Notes: generated by a model not told the origin, from the sequence alone. DNA of 64,000 bases from Candidatus Micrarchaeota archaeon (GCA_021827925.1 JAKATZ010000014.1:3551-67550), one strand, 5' to 3'; positions 48,457-57,525 are shown, counted from the stretch's first letter. Translations and numbers: made by a program.

Positions 48457-49575
48457 TCAGGAGAGGCGCTGTTTGTAATCTTCATAACCGAATCTCCTGA
48501 GTATCTCCGTTTTTTGCTTTCTGGAGTTGTAAAATGCTATCGAAGGCAGACGGACTCCGTTGAACGTGGTGGTCTTTACCATCGTATATAAGGACATATC
48601 AAGGAAGACTATCCTGCTTCCGGCCTTGAGAGGGCTGTCGAACGAATAATCGCCTATGACGTCGCCTGCGAGGCAGGTCATCCCTCTCAGATGGTAGCCG
48701 TATTTCTTCTCGTCTTTCTCTCCGGCACCGATGATGTCGGGTTTGTATGGCATTGCAAGAACGTCAGGCATATGGGCCTCTGCGGATGTGTCAAGGATGG
48801 CAACAGCCATGCCCTCCCCTTTCCCAAGTGCCGTTTCATGAACAACGTCAAGTACGGTGGATATCAGCACGCCGGTATTTAGCACTACGGCTTCTCCAGG
48901 TTCGAGATGCACCTGCACGCCGTAACGTTTCTTGAAATCTTTTACCAGCCTGACAAGAAGGCCCACATTGTAGTCAGTGCGCGTTATGTGATGACCCCCG
49001 CCGAAGTTGACCCATTTCATTTTTGAGATATGCCTCCCGTAAAATTTCTCGAAATGTTTCAGTACATGCGACAACGCTTCTGCGTTGTTCTCGCATAAGG
49101 CATGAAAATGCAAACCGTCTATGCCTTCAAGGTCTTCGCCTTCAAGTTCTCCTGGAAGTACCCCCAGACCGGCGCCAGGCAGAGAGGGATTGTACAGGTC
49201 GGACTTGATTTCGGAATACATCGGGTTTACCCTAAGCCCTACCTCTATTTTCCTGCCGCTTTTTGCTATAGTTTTCCTGTATTTCTTCCACTGCCGTAGG
49301 GAATTGAAGATTATAACGTCAGAGTATTTCAGCAGCTTGCCCAGGTCCTCTTCCGAATATGCAGGCCCAAAGGTATGTACCTCCTTGCCAAAGATCTCCC
49401 TGCCTAGCTGCGCCTCTATGGGCCCGCTTGCGCATACGCCGTCCAGATACTCCCTTATAATAGGAAATGTTCTGTACATCGCGAATGATTTGAGGGCTAT
49501 TAAGACTTTTGCGCCTGTCCTCTTCTTTACTGAAGCCAGGAGCTCCAGGTTCCTTCTTAGTGGCTCTTCGCTCAC
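48457..49575 (-). CDS. nspC: Carboxy(nor)spermidine decarboxylase
   Basis: ALKSF, C.SGP.E and GGGH blocks, and the C-terminal [11 protein letters not shown] closely resembles bacterial NspC as I remember it. The true start may lie upstream of 49575 (see findings). Confidence 0.75.
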   Translation of the reverse strand: MSEEPLRRNLELLASVKKRTGAKVLIALKSFAMYRTFPIIREYLDGVCASGPIEAQLGREIFGKEVHTFGPAYSEEDLGKLLKYSDVIIFNSLRQWKKYRKTIAKSGRKIEVGLRVNPMYSEIKSDLYNPSLPGAGLGVLPGELEGEDLEGIDGLHFHALCENNAEALSHVLKHFEKFYGRHISKMKWVNFGGGHHITRTDYNVGLLVRLVKDFKKRYGVQVHLEPGEAVVLNTGVLISTVLDVVHETALGKGEGMAVAILDTSAEAHMPDVLAMPYKPDIIGAGEKDEKKYGYHLRGMTCLAGDVIGDYSFDSPLKAGSRIVFLDMSLYTMVKTTTFNGVRLPSIAFYNSRKQKTEILRRFGYEDYKQRLS

Positions 49576-49711
49576 TAGGAAGCATGGAGTTTCAGCGATC
49601 TCCCCTGTTATTGATGCTGGAAAATCTTTCTTGGCGTCCCTCCTGGCGGCTGCGCGCGCAGTGCGGCTGAGATAATGTACTGGAGAACGGTTGGTGTTTT
49701 TGCTTATGCTA

Positions 49712-50944
49712 TCAACTATCAGGAAGTTTTCCGGTAAATGTTATATTTTCCCAGGGCAGACCGTACTTGTTAAGCGCTTCCATGAAAGCATCAGGATCGA
49801 GCTGCTCCATGTTGAATACGCCTGCTTCTTTCCATATGCCCTTGATCACCATCATGGCGCCTATCATCGCAGGGACACCAGTAGTGTAGGATATTGCCTG
49901 TGCGCCGACTTCTCTGAATGATTCGGCATGATCGCAGACGTTGTACAGGTACACTGATTTTTGCTTTCCGCTTTTCATGCCGGTGATCACGTTGCCTATC
50001 ACGGTCTTGCCAGTATAGTTGGTGCCGAGCGAGGCTGGGTCTGGAAGAAGCGATTTCAGGAACTTTAGCGGCACTATCTTCTTGCCTTCGTAATCTACCT
50101 CGTCTATTCTGGTCATGCCGATGTTCTTTAGGATCCTGAGGTGAGTCAGATAGTTCTCTGAAAATGTCATCCAGAAGCGAATCCGTTTGAGGCCCTTTAT
50201 GTTCTTGGCAAGCGATTCCAGCTCTTCGTGGTAGAGCAAATAGCTCTCCTTCGGACCTGCCACAGGATAATCAAATGTAAAGTGCACGCACTTTGGATCC
50301 AATATAGCGGGCGTTTCTACCCATCGCCCCTGTTCCCAGTATCGCGCCGGCTGGGTTACCTCCCTTATGTTTATCTCAGGATTGAAATTTGTGGCAAATG
50401 GATGGCCGTGGCTGCCCGCATTGCAGTCGAGTATGTCGATGTAGTTTATCTCGTCGAAAAGATGCTTCTGTGCATATGCGCTGAATACATTTGATACGCC
50501 AGGATCGAAACCGCATCCCAGGACAGCGATGATGCCTTTGCTCCTGAACTTCTCCTTGTAAGCCCATTGCCAGCTGTACTCGAAATGAGCAACGTCCTTG
50601 GGCTCGTAGTTTGCAGTGTCAAGATAGTTGACTCCGGCTTCAAGGCATGCGTCCATTATCTTAAGGTCTTGATAAGGCAGCGCAACGTTTACCACCAGAT
50701 CAGGGTGGAACTCTCTTATCAAGGAAACAAGCGAGGGGGTATCGTCAGCGTCAACCATTGCCGTAAGTATCTCCCTTCCTGTTCGCTCCAGTATGTCCTT
50801 CTTTATATGCTCGCATTTTGAGATGGTCCTGCTCGCGAGCATGATCTTATCAAACACTTCTGGCAACTGCGCACATTTGTGGGCTACGACGCTGCCGACT
50901 CCGCCGGCGCCTATGATTAGTATCTTTCCCATTTCACTTCGCAT
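49712..50944 (-). CDS. Carboxy(nor)spermidine dehydrogenase/synthase (saccharopine dehydrogenase family)
   Basis: Rossmann GKILIIGAGGVGSVVAHK, ~400 aa, directly upstream of nspC. The start could instead be ATG 50932. Confidence 0.7.
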   Translation of the reverse strand: MRSEMGKILIIGAGGVGSVVAHKCAQLPEVFDKIMLASRTISKCEHIKKDILERTGREILTAMVDADDTPSLVSLIREFHPDLVVNVALPYQDLKIMDACLEAGVNYLDTANYEPKDVAHFEYSWQWAYKEKFRSKGIIAVLGCGFDPGVSNVFSAYAQKHLFDEINYIDILDCNAGSHGHPFATNFNPEINIREVTQPARYWEQGRWVETPAILDPKCVHFTFDYPVAGPKESYLLYHEELESLAKNIKGLKRIRFWMTFSENYLTHLRILKNIGMTRIDEVDYEGKKIVPLKFLKSLLPDPASLGTNYTGKTVIGNVITGMKSGKQKSVYLYNVCDHAESFREVGAQAISYTTGVPAMIGAMMVIKGIWKEAGVFNMEQLDPDAFMEALNKYGLPWENITFTGKLPDS

Positions 50945-50980
50945 ATATCTATGCGTTCAGATTAATAAATATGTTCCCTA

Positions 50981-52171
50981 TTGAATAGAATAGAGCGTTG
51001 TATCAGTAGGCTACCGGTGCATGTTTTGGATGGAAAGATACGGAAAGGGACGATACTGATAATCATAATAGGTTTTGTGAGTCTTTTTGGAGATTTTACC
51101 TACGAAGGCGCGCGCAGCATAATACCGCAGTATTTCACTTCGCTTGGAGGTTCCGTCTTCCTTCTCGGGATTGTTCTTGGAGTCAGCGAATTTGCAGGGT
51201 ATGCATTCAGGCTGGTTAGCGGGAAGATTGCAGACAGGACGAAAAGGTACTGGCCGATGATGTTTGTAGGGTATGCTATTAATTTATTTGCCGTTCCGCT
51301 GCTGGCCCTTGCCGGAAACTACATTGGTGCTGCTGTGCTGATATTCCTTGAGAGGCTTGGAAAAGGCACGCGCACGCCGCCCAGGGATTACGTGATATCT
51401 TCTGCGGCTGCGGAGGGGAAGACTGGAAAGGCATTCGCGATAGAGGAAGGCCTTGACCAGGCAGGGGCAATAGTCGGACCGCTAGTAGTGGCGATGGTGC
51501 TCTTGTACAGGGGCACTTACAAGGAAGCATTCGCTTTCCTTGCCTTCCCTGCCGTTTCGGCAATGGTAGTGCTTTTCGCTGCTTACAGATACTACGGAAG
51601 AGCAAACCTCAAGAGACACAAGGAGATGCACACAAGCATTATGTCCTCAAGAAAATTTCTTATGTACTCAGTCGCGGTTGCGATAAGTGCAGCGGGATTA
51701 TATCAGGTCGCCTTCATGCTTTACGGGGCGCAGGGACGCATAGCCGCATACTTGATACCGATAATATTCCTCACTGCGATGGCTGGGGAGGGCGCGTTTG
51801 GCTTCGCATTCGGGCTTCTATACGACAGAATAGGCAGGAAGCTTGTTTACAGTGGCCTCATGGTTTCCCTGCTGATCCCCATCATACTGCTTGGAGGAAC
51901 ACCTGAATACCTATTTATTGCGGCTTTGGCGTACGGGGCAGTGCTTGGCATACAGGACACGGTAATGAGGGCAGTTGTAGGCTCGATGATAAAGCACAAG
52001 GAGAGAGGCTCGGCTTTCGGCATATTCAATGCTTTCTACGGATTCGGGCTGCTCGCATCCGGGGCGATAGTAGGCTACCTTTATTTTTCCATCGATGCCG
52101 TGATAGCTTACGTGTTTGTCGCGCAGGCGATAGCTTTTGTACTTTTAAGCGCCTCGTTCACAGAAAAGTAG
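50981..52171 (+). CDS. MFS transporter
   Basis: About 12 hydrophobic helices, with MFS motif-A-like GKIADRTKRY and LLYDRIGRKL after TM2 and TM8. TTG start, uncertain. Confidence 0.7.
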   Translation: MNRIERCISRLPVHVLDGKIRKGTILIIIIGFVSLFGDFTYEGARSIIPQYFTSLGGSVFLLGIVLGVSEFAGYAFRLVSGKIADRTKRYWPMMFVGYAINLFAVPLLALAGNYIGAAVLIFLERLGKGTRTPPRDYVISSAAAEGKTGKAFAIEEGLDQAGAIVGPLVVAMVLLYRGTYKEAFAFLAFPAVSAMVVLFAAYRYYGRANLKRHKEMHTSIMSSRKFLMYSVAVAISAAGLYQVAFMLYGAQGRIAAYLIPIIFLTAMAGEGAFGFAFGLLYDRIGRKLVYSGLMVSLLIPIILLGGTPEYLFIAALAYGAVLGIQDTVMRAVVGSMIKHKERGSAFGIFNAFYGFGLLASGAIVGYLYFSIDAVIAYVFVAQAIAFVLLSASFTEK

Positions 52172-52305
52172 GAATTCATCAGATGTCATTGCGATGAATG
52201 CGTGCACAAGAGCACGAGCCCTTTGCCCCACTTAGCGGATTGGCGCAAGGTATCTGGAGAGGACGGGGATGACACATGGAGAAACGGGGAACCGATAAAA
52301 GAAGA

Positions 52306-52403
52306 TGGACTCCGCGGGATTTTCATAACTTCTCGCGAAGTTTATTTTGAACCCGCAACCTCCTGCATGCCATGCAGGCGCGCTACCGTTGCGCTAGGAG
52401 CCC
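52306..52403 (-). tRNA. tRNA-Ala (anticodon GGC) with a putative 26-nt intron in the T-loop
   Basis: Folded by hand. The acceptor stem GGGCUCC/GGAGUCC includes the G3:U70 Ala identity pair. D stem GCGC/GCGC; anticodon arm CCUGC-AUGGCAU-GCAGG. The T stem is GCGGG/CCCGC but the loop is 33 nt (UUCAAA-AUAAACUUCGCGAGAAGUUAUGAAAA-U). The insert lies at about 52320-52345. Confidence 0.8.
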
Positions 52404-52440
52404 ATCAGCAGAAGATATGTCCACACTGATGTATAAAGCT

Positions 52441-52674
52441 TTATGCCGGAGAAACAAAGAGTATGTTGCCTCCTCGCAGCAGTATGGTGCCGAGCTTCGC
52501 CTTGGTGTTGCCCCCTCCCTCAAGCTCCTCGGCGCCGTCGAGCACAAGGTTCATGTGCACGTCAAATGAAACTATCTTGCCCCTTATGTCGTCGCCGTTC
52601 TTCAGCCTTATTAGTACCTGCTGTCCTATGGACTTGTTAAGCAAGTCGAAAGGCCTTTCATGCACTGTGTTCAT
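52441..52674 (-). CDS. Sm-like archaeal protein (SmAP/LSm)
   Basis: Sm1 motif V.I.LK.G....G.L..FD.HMNLVL and Sm2 motif ILLRG.NI. Size is 77 aa. Confidence 0.9.
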   Translation of the reverse strand: MNTVHERPFDLLNKSIGQQVLIRLKNGDDIRGKIVSFDVHMNLVLDGAEELEGGGNTKAKLGTILLRGGNILFVSPA

Positions 52675-52733
52675 TTTTTCACCGAGTGATATCTATTGGA
52701 TAATCAAGTTTATAAATCCCCCTCTGCAGATGC

Positions 52734-53306
52734 TCAGGTATACTTTGTGTAGAAAGACGCGATTAGCTGCGTGACCCTCACGCTGGTTCCGGGGATTGAA
52801 TAGTTAAGCCAGATGTATCCGTTTATGCCGCTGCCTAGTGATCTTGTCGATGCGGGGGATTTGCCGTTATAGCAGTAAAGGTTGAAGTCGGCGGTGCCGC
52901 TGCTCTGCACAAGCGTGCCATCGGAGTTTCCCGAGCCGTACTCCGGATAACTGTTAGTGGGATAATACAGGTAATTTCCGGTGACGTACGCATTACCGAA
53001 CGCGGGGGTGTAGCTGTTGGGATCGATTGCCGTGGCGCATGCAACGCCTTTGACAGATATAGGCGCGCCTGTTGCCTGAGACATCTGCAGGGTTAGCACG
53101 CCTGATTGATTCATCCCGTAGAAATTGCACGCGAAGCCAGGAGATGGCGTGCAGTAAGGAGTGAACACGTCCTGGCCAGATATGCTGAGCTTATAAATGA
53201 TGGCGAGAGCTGCCATTATTATGATTAGGGCTACGCCATAAGAGGCCATAAAGTCTACGGCAGCCTGTCCTTTTGTTTTTCCGCATCGCCGACGGCCAAA
53301 GAGCAA
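52734..53306 (-). CDS. Archaeal type IV pilin-like protein (class III signal peptide)
   Basis: The N-terminus KGQAAVDFMASYGVALIIIMAALAIIY matches the archaeal pilin/DUF361 pattern KGQ.A.E(Y/F)L..YG.AIL.I. The TTG start directly abuts the rps2 stop. Confidence 0.55.
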   Translation of the reverse strand: MLFGRRRCGKTKGQAAVDFMASYGVALIIIMAALAIIYKLSISGQDVFTPYCTPSPGFACNFYGMNQSGVLTLQMSQATGAPISVKGVACATAIDPNSYTPAFGNAYVTGNYLYYPTNSYPEYGSGNSDGTLVQSSGTADFNLYCYNGKSPASTRSLGSGINGYIWLNYSIPGTSVRVTQLIASFYTKYT

Positions 53307-54008
53307 TTACTTCGCCTTTATCTCGGTCTTAACCTCGAAATCCGAGAGTTTGTAATTGAATTCCTCGTTAGCCTTTATTAAGCCTTTCTCCTTCATGAAC
53401 TCCCTTGCAAGAAGGAAGTATATTAGCGAGAGCGATCTCCTACCCTTGTTGTTGCAGGGTATTACAAGGTCAACGAACTTTATCCAGTTGTCGGTATCGC
53501 ATAGAGCTATTGAAGGTATGCTCGTTTTATTGGCCTCCTTGACTGCCTGACGTTCGTTGCGGTTATCGCTTATGAGTATTACCTCAGGCTCCATGAAGTC
53601 TCCCCTGTTGGGGTTTGTGAATATACCAGGCATTACCCTGCCGGTTATTATTTTTGCCCCTATTATCTCGGCAAACTTAGAAGCGGAGGATATCGCGTAT
53701 ATTCTAGATGCCGTTACGACTATATCCTTGGGCTCGTACTGTGCCAGAAGCTTCGCTGCAAGCTTGAGCCGCTGGTCTATGGTGTTAAGATCAAGCAGGT
53801 ACAGGCCGTCCTCCCTTACCTTGTAGATGTAGCGCTTCATTCCGGGGGTCTTTACCTTAGTGCCTATGTGTATTCCTGCTTCAAGGTATTCGGCTTGGTC
53901 TACAAGCAACTCATTTGACATTTCTTCACCATAATCGGGGTCGCCGAGATTTTCAATCGCTTTTGGTATTTTTCGTTTTTGAACTCGGGTCATGTGCTCC
54001 CTAAGCAC
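53307..54008 (-). CDS. rps2: Ribosomal protein uS2
   Basis: YLEAGIHIGT, the REDGLYLLDL block and I.SIALCDTD. The true start may be an internal ATG (for example 53918). Confidence 0.9.
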   Translation of the reverse strand: MLREHMTRVQKRKIPKAIENLGDPDYGEEMSNELLVDQAEYLEAGIHIGTKVKTPGMKRYIYKVREDGLYLLDLNTIDQRLKLAAKLLAQYEPKDIVVTASRIYAISSASKFAEIIGAKIITGRVMPGIFTNPNRGDFMEPEVILISDNRNERQAVKEANKTSIPSIALCDTDNWIKFVDLVIPCNNKGRRSLSLIYFLLAREFMKEKGLIKANEEFNYKLSDFEVKTEIKAK

Positions 54009-54081
54009 AGAGCCTAACCAGGCTAGCAGACGACCCCGCGCTTAGTTTATTGCATATAATGTTATTTATATCCTTCTCTAA

Positions 54082-54282
54082 TTATTTCCTTCCGTAGCTT
54101 ATTATGTCATCTATGAGATCCGCATGTCCTGTGAGCATTCTCCTGCAGCAGTAGCGCTTGACGCCAAGCTCTTCGAGTACCTTCTTGCCGTCCTCGCCGC
54201 TTTTGTTGACGCGCCTGTCGTACTCATCCCATTTGTCAGCAACCACTTGGCCGCACGAAAAACATCTCACAGGTATCATCAT
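54082..54282 (-). CDS. rpoN: RNA polymerase subunit N (Rpo10)
   Basis: [10 protein letters not shown] and RYCCRRM. Size is 66 aa. Confidence 0.95.
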   Translation of the reverse strand: MMIPVRCFSCGQVVADKWDEYDRRVNKSGEDGKKVLEELGVKRYCCRRMLTGHADLIDDIISYGRK

Positions 54283-54292
54283 TGGTATTACC

Positions 54293-54865
54293 TCATCTGT
54301 ATGAAGTCTGGAACCTCGCCCTCGCCTTGGGACCCTTGAATTTCTTAGGCTCTATCCTCCTGTAATCATCAACGAGCATGCTCCTGTCGTAATCCATGAA
54401 AAACTTCCTCAGTGAATCGTCACCTGAAGCTTCAACTATCACCTTGGCTATTGCGCTTCTTGATGCCTGCGCCCTTCCGCTTGTGCCGCCGCCACGTACA
54501 TTGATCCATATGCGTGACCCTTTGGCAATGTCCGCGGCAATGGAATTGAGCTTCGTAGGCTCGAGTATAAGTTCGCGTATCTCGCGCGGGGTTATCAAGC
54601 TGGCATCCAGGCCGTTTATGTACACCTCTCCGGAACCGTCAGTAAGGCTTGCCCTGGCTATTGCGCGCTTGCGTTTGCCACGTGAGGTTATGATGCGGCT
54701 CTTGGCTTTTTTGGTTTTGCCTGTCCTCGCCCTTTTTGTTCCTGCTTTCTTGGCAATTGGAGCAACCTGCTTCACAGGTAGGCTCTCGTTAAACTCGCTT
54801 AGTGCTTTGTCAAGGTTCTTCATGCCCCTGGAATCCGGTTCATTGATATTGCTTTCTTCTGCCAT
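54293..54865 (-). CDS. rps9: Ribosomal protein uS9 with a ~55-aa N-terminal extension
   Basis: The [10 protein letters not shown]...G.G...ING core and the C-terminal [11 protein letters not shown]. No canonical start codon lies between Met15 and the conserved core. Confidence 0.9.
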   Translation of the reverse strand: MAEESNINEPDSRGMKNLDKALSEFNESLPVKQVAPIAKKAGTKRARTGKTKKAKSRIITSRGKRKRAIARASLTDGSGEVYINGLDASLITPREIRELILEPTKLNSIAADIAKGSRIWINVRGGGTSGRAQASRSAIAKVIVEASGDDSLRKFFMDYDRSMLVDDYRRIEPKKFKGPKARARFQTSYR

Positions 54866-54869
54866 ACAC

Positions 54870-55316
54870 TCACTTATATCCCAGAAACTCCGATAGCTCT
54901 CCTACTGTGATCGAATCTTCGAAAGTTTCTTTGGAGCTCTTGATCTTAATATCATTCGTCTTTTTGTCTTTTAAGCCTTCTGGAACGCCGACGTACACCC
55001 GCAGGTGCTTGAAAGCAGCCTTCCCACGGGGCCTCTGGTAAGGAAGCATGCCCCGTATTACCCTCTTTACGAAGAAGTCTGGTCTTCTTGATATGTAAGG
55101 AGAATGCTCAGGGTTGGCCTTGTCCTTTAGCTCTACCTTTCGCTTGTATTTCTGCACTATATCCCGCCTATGACCGCTAATCATAGCTTTCTCAGCGTTC
55201 AGAAGGATTACATCATTTCCATCGAGAAGAAGCTTGGCTGCATTACTGGCAACCCTTCCAAGAACCTTTCCTTTTGCATCTAGTACATATTCTGCCATAT
55301 AGCTCACGTCAGACAA
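54870..55316 (-). CDS. rpl13: Ribosomal protein uL13
   Basis: DA.G.VLGR.AS..AK.LL.G and IRGMLP blocks, at the operon position between L18e and S9. Confidence 0.9.
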   Translation of the reverse strand: MSDVSYMAEYVLDAKGKVLGRVASNAAKLLLDGNDVILLNAEKAMISGHRRDIVQKYKRKVELKDKANPEHSPYISRRPDFFVKRVIRGMLPYQRPRGKAAFKHLRVYVGVPEGLKDKKTNDIKIKSSKETFEDSITVGELSEFLGYK

Positions 55317-55659
55317 TTATCCTTGCCCCTTTCCTGCCGAGCATCTCCTTTAGCTCGACAATGCTACATTTGGCGGCCTTGAGCTTCTCGGCTGCGCTCT
55401 CCGAATACTCGATTGCGGATATGCTGAAGCTCTTTGTAACGCTTCCTACTCCTAACACCTTGCCAGGCACTATTATGTTCTCGGATGGCTTCACGTGCTT
55501 ATCCAGCTTGTCAAGGTTTACCGAAACTCTGCCGCGCCTGGGCTTGGAAGCAATCTTCGAGAGCTGCGAGGCGAGGCCGTGGCCCTTCGCTTCGCTGAGC
55601 ACATCATGCCACTTTTTCACACTTGTCTTCTCTGCAATTCTCTTCATAAAAATCACCAA
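55309..55659 (-). CDS. rpl18e: Ribosomal protein eL18 (L18e)
   Basis: RRGRV.VNL..L, V.PGKVLG.G and A...SA..K....G blocks. Conserved position between rpoD and L13. Confidence 0.8.
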   Translation of the reverse strand: MVIFMKRIAEKTSVKKWHDVLSEAKGHGLASQLSKIASKPRRGRVSVNLDKLDKHVKPSENIIVPGKVLGVGSVTKSFSISAIEYSESAAEKLKAAKCSIVELKEMLGRKGARIIV

Positions 55660-55746
55660 TGCGGGGGGTGAGATTTGAACTCACGCAAGCACTAAAGCTA
55701 CTGACCCCTCAAGCCAGCGCATTTGACCAAGCTCTGCCACCCCCGC
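55660..55746 (-). tRNA. tRNA-Leu (anticodon GAG), class II, no intron
   Basis: Folded by hand: acceptor stem GCGGGGG/CCCCCGC, anticodon arm CUGGC-UUGAGGG-GUCAG, a long variable arm and T arm GUGAG-UUCAAAU-CUCAC. No CCA is encoded. Confidence 0.9.
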
Positions 55747-55750
55747 ATCA

Positions 55751-56323
55751 CTACTTTTTAAGCTCCTTGTACATCTCCTTGAGGCTTTCGCTTATTATAC
55801 CTAGCGTTCGGGTAATGATCTCAAGGGCAGGCATCTGGCCAAATGTCTCAACATAAAACTCGAATTCGTCACCTTTTTCATTAGCCTTGTAAGATACTAT
55901 GCCTGGTTGGAACTTTGAACTTCTTGTACCGGTACCCATTATTGCCTTTGCCTCTATCCTTAGCGACTGGCCGTCGGCGAGCTTCATTATTGGTATGTTC
56001 TCGTTTGCGACCTTCACGTCTTTCTCGTTGCTCTTGAGGTCCTTTGAGTATGCAATGGCAGGACCATCGGCATGCATTGAGAATAAAACCTCGTCATTCT
56101 CGCCATAGCCTTTTGGGGTAAGTATAGGCACGAGACCGAGCCTGTGCGCTATGTACTCGTCGAATATTGAAGTGGAATTCTCGTAAAAAGTTACAGTGTC
56201 TATCGCCATGCTGCCCACGCTGTTTGTGGCTATGCGCCTTATCGCGTTTGCAGAGTTGAAGCTGGCGTCGCTTAACATGAACCGGAATACGTTCGGTGCA
56301 TTCTCTAGTACACTGAGCTTCAT
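55751..56323 (-). CDS. rpoD: RNA polymerase subunit D (Rpo3), short form
   Basis: ANA.RR......V...AID.V....N.S...DE..AHRLGL.P. 190 aa with no Cys-rich Fe-S domain. Confidence 0.85.
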   Translation of the reverse strand: MKLSVLENAPNVFRFMLSDASFNSANAIRRIATNSVGSMAIDTVTFYENSTSIFDEYIAHRLGLVPILTPKGYGENDEVLFSMHADGPAIAYSKDLKSNEKDVKVANENIPIMKLADGQSLRIEAKAIMGTGTRSSKFQPGIVSYKANEKGDEFEFYVETFGQMPALEIITRTLGIISESLKEMYKELKK

Positions 56324-56415
56324 AAAACCAGCCAGAAATAAGCAGCTGTAACGTTATAGGTAAAAGATATTTATGCAGCAAACATATTTAAATATTAGTC
56401 ATCACAGAGAAGGTT

Positions 56416-57003
56416 ATGGATTTCTGGGAGGTCTTCAGGGAAAAGGCTAGACTGGAGGATTTTGGAAAAGAACGCCTACTTATGAGGACAGCCGAGAGAC
56501 ATAATTCAAGCCTGGATTGGGTTGAAGACAGGAGCATAGAACTTGAGGAGGGAAGGGCCTTTTCGGCAGGTTACACTGAAGAAAAGAGGTACGTAATAGC
56601 AAAGAATCTCTCCTTCGGACTTGTCGTCACAGTTTACGATGTGAATTCCGGAAGCATTATAGCGCTCAGAAGCCCGTCTGCGCTTGGCACGGAGGCTGCG
56701 GAGGAGATAAAAAGAAGGGTAAAGAGGCTGGAGAACCCGAACATCGAGGTGAGGGCGATAGGACTCCAGGATGGTGACATTGAGATGGCGGAAAGTCTTG
56801 CCTCGTTAAGAGGCGCGGTTAATGGGGGAAGGCTTGTTGAGCTTGACCTGTTCGGAAACGAGACACGGAACATAGTCATAGACATCAAGACCGGCAGTTC
56901 GTTCAACCTTCTCCTGCTAAACAGGATATACAAGCCAGGGGAGCTGGTGAACAGCGGGAAGAAGGCACCTGCTGCTGGAAAATCAGAACTTCGCTTCGTA
57001 TAG
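56416..57003 (+). CDS. Hypothetical protein (195 aa)
   Basis: The ORF has plausible coding character. No family was confidently recognised. Confidence 0.4.
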   Translation: MDFWEVFREKARLEDFGKERLLMRTAERHNSSLDWVEDRSIELEEGRAFSAGYTEEKRYVIAKNLSFGLVVTVYDVNSGSIIALRSPSALGTEAAEEIKRRVKRLENPNIEVRAIGLQDGDIEMAESLASLRGAVNGGRLVELDLFGNETRNIVIDIKTGSSFNLLLLNRIYKPGELVNSGKKAPAAGKSELRFV

Positions 57004-57525
57004 ATTTTTGTATTCCGGCCCTGATGCGGCGAGCCTGCTCCCCACAAGACTTATTGAGCTGGCGTTGAAGCTGCCTACCGCGTAGTTTGAATGTTCTCCT
57101 ATCTCCTTCAGGAGAGGTTTCGGGTCGGCCCATCGCCCGACCCTTGCGATGGTGACGTGCGGCACGTAAGATCCCCTGGCTTCATAAGCTATGCCGAGCT
57201 TACGCAGCGAACCGTCTATTCCATAGTATATGTGCTTCAGTTCATCTGCGCCATCCGCGATGCATGCGAATATAATGCGCAGACTTGAAAGAGAGAAGCA
57301 TGATACCCCGATTATCCCTATTTTGAATCGGGGCACGATGTTCTCGTTCATGGCTTCGCATACCTTCTCCTGCTGCAATATGCCCATATCGCCAAGAAAC
57401 TGCAGCGTTATGTGGTACGCTTCCTCTTTTACAAGAGTGACTCCGGTTGAGGCAAAACTGCAGGACAGCTCTGCAAGGCGGACCCGGATAGGACCCGGGA
57501 GATCTATTGCAATGAAGGAGCGCAT
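56983..57525 (-). CDS. thpR: RNA 2',3'-cyclic phosphodiesterase / 2'-5' RNA ligase (2H phosphoesterase, ThpR/LigT)
   Basis: Two H-x-T-x motifs, YHITLQF and PHVTIAR, at the expected spacing. Size is 180 aa. Confidence 0.8.
   Translation of the reverse strand: MRSFIAIDLPGPIRVRLAELSCSFASTGVTLVKEEAYHITLQFLGDMGILQQEKVCEAMNENIVPRFKIGIIGVSCFSLSSLRIIFACIADGADELKHIYYGIDGSLRKLGIAYEARGSYVPHVTIARVGRWADPKPLLKEIGEHSNYAVGSFNASSISLVGSRLAASGPEYKNLYEAKF

Noticed and set aside
52172-52305. The ORF 52202-52429 and the GC-rich spacer after the MFS gene
   Set aside because: The ORF is explained by the tRNA-Ala gene on the opposite strand. The small CGTGC-N6-GCACG hairpin is too weak to call a terminator or RNA gene.
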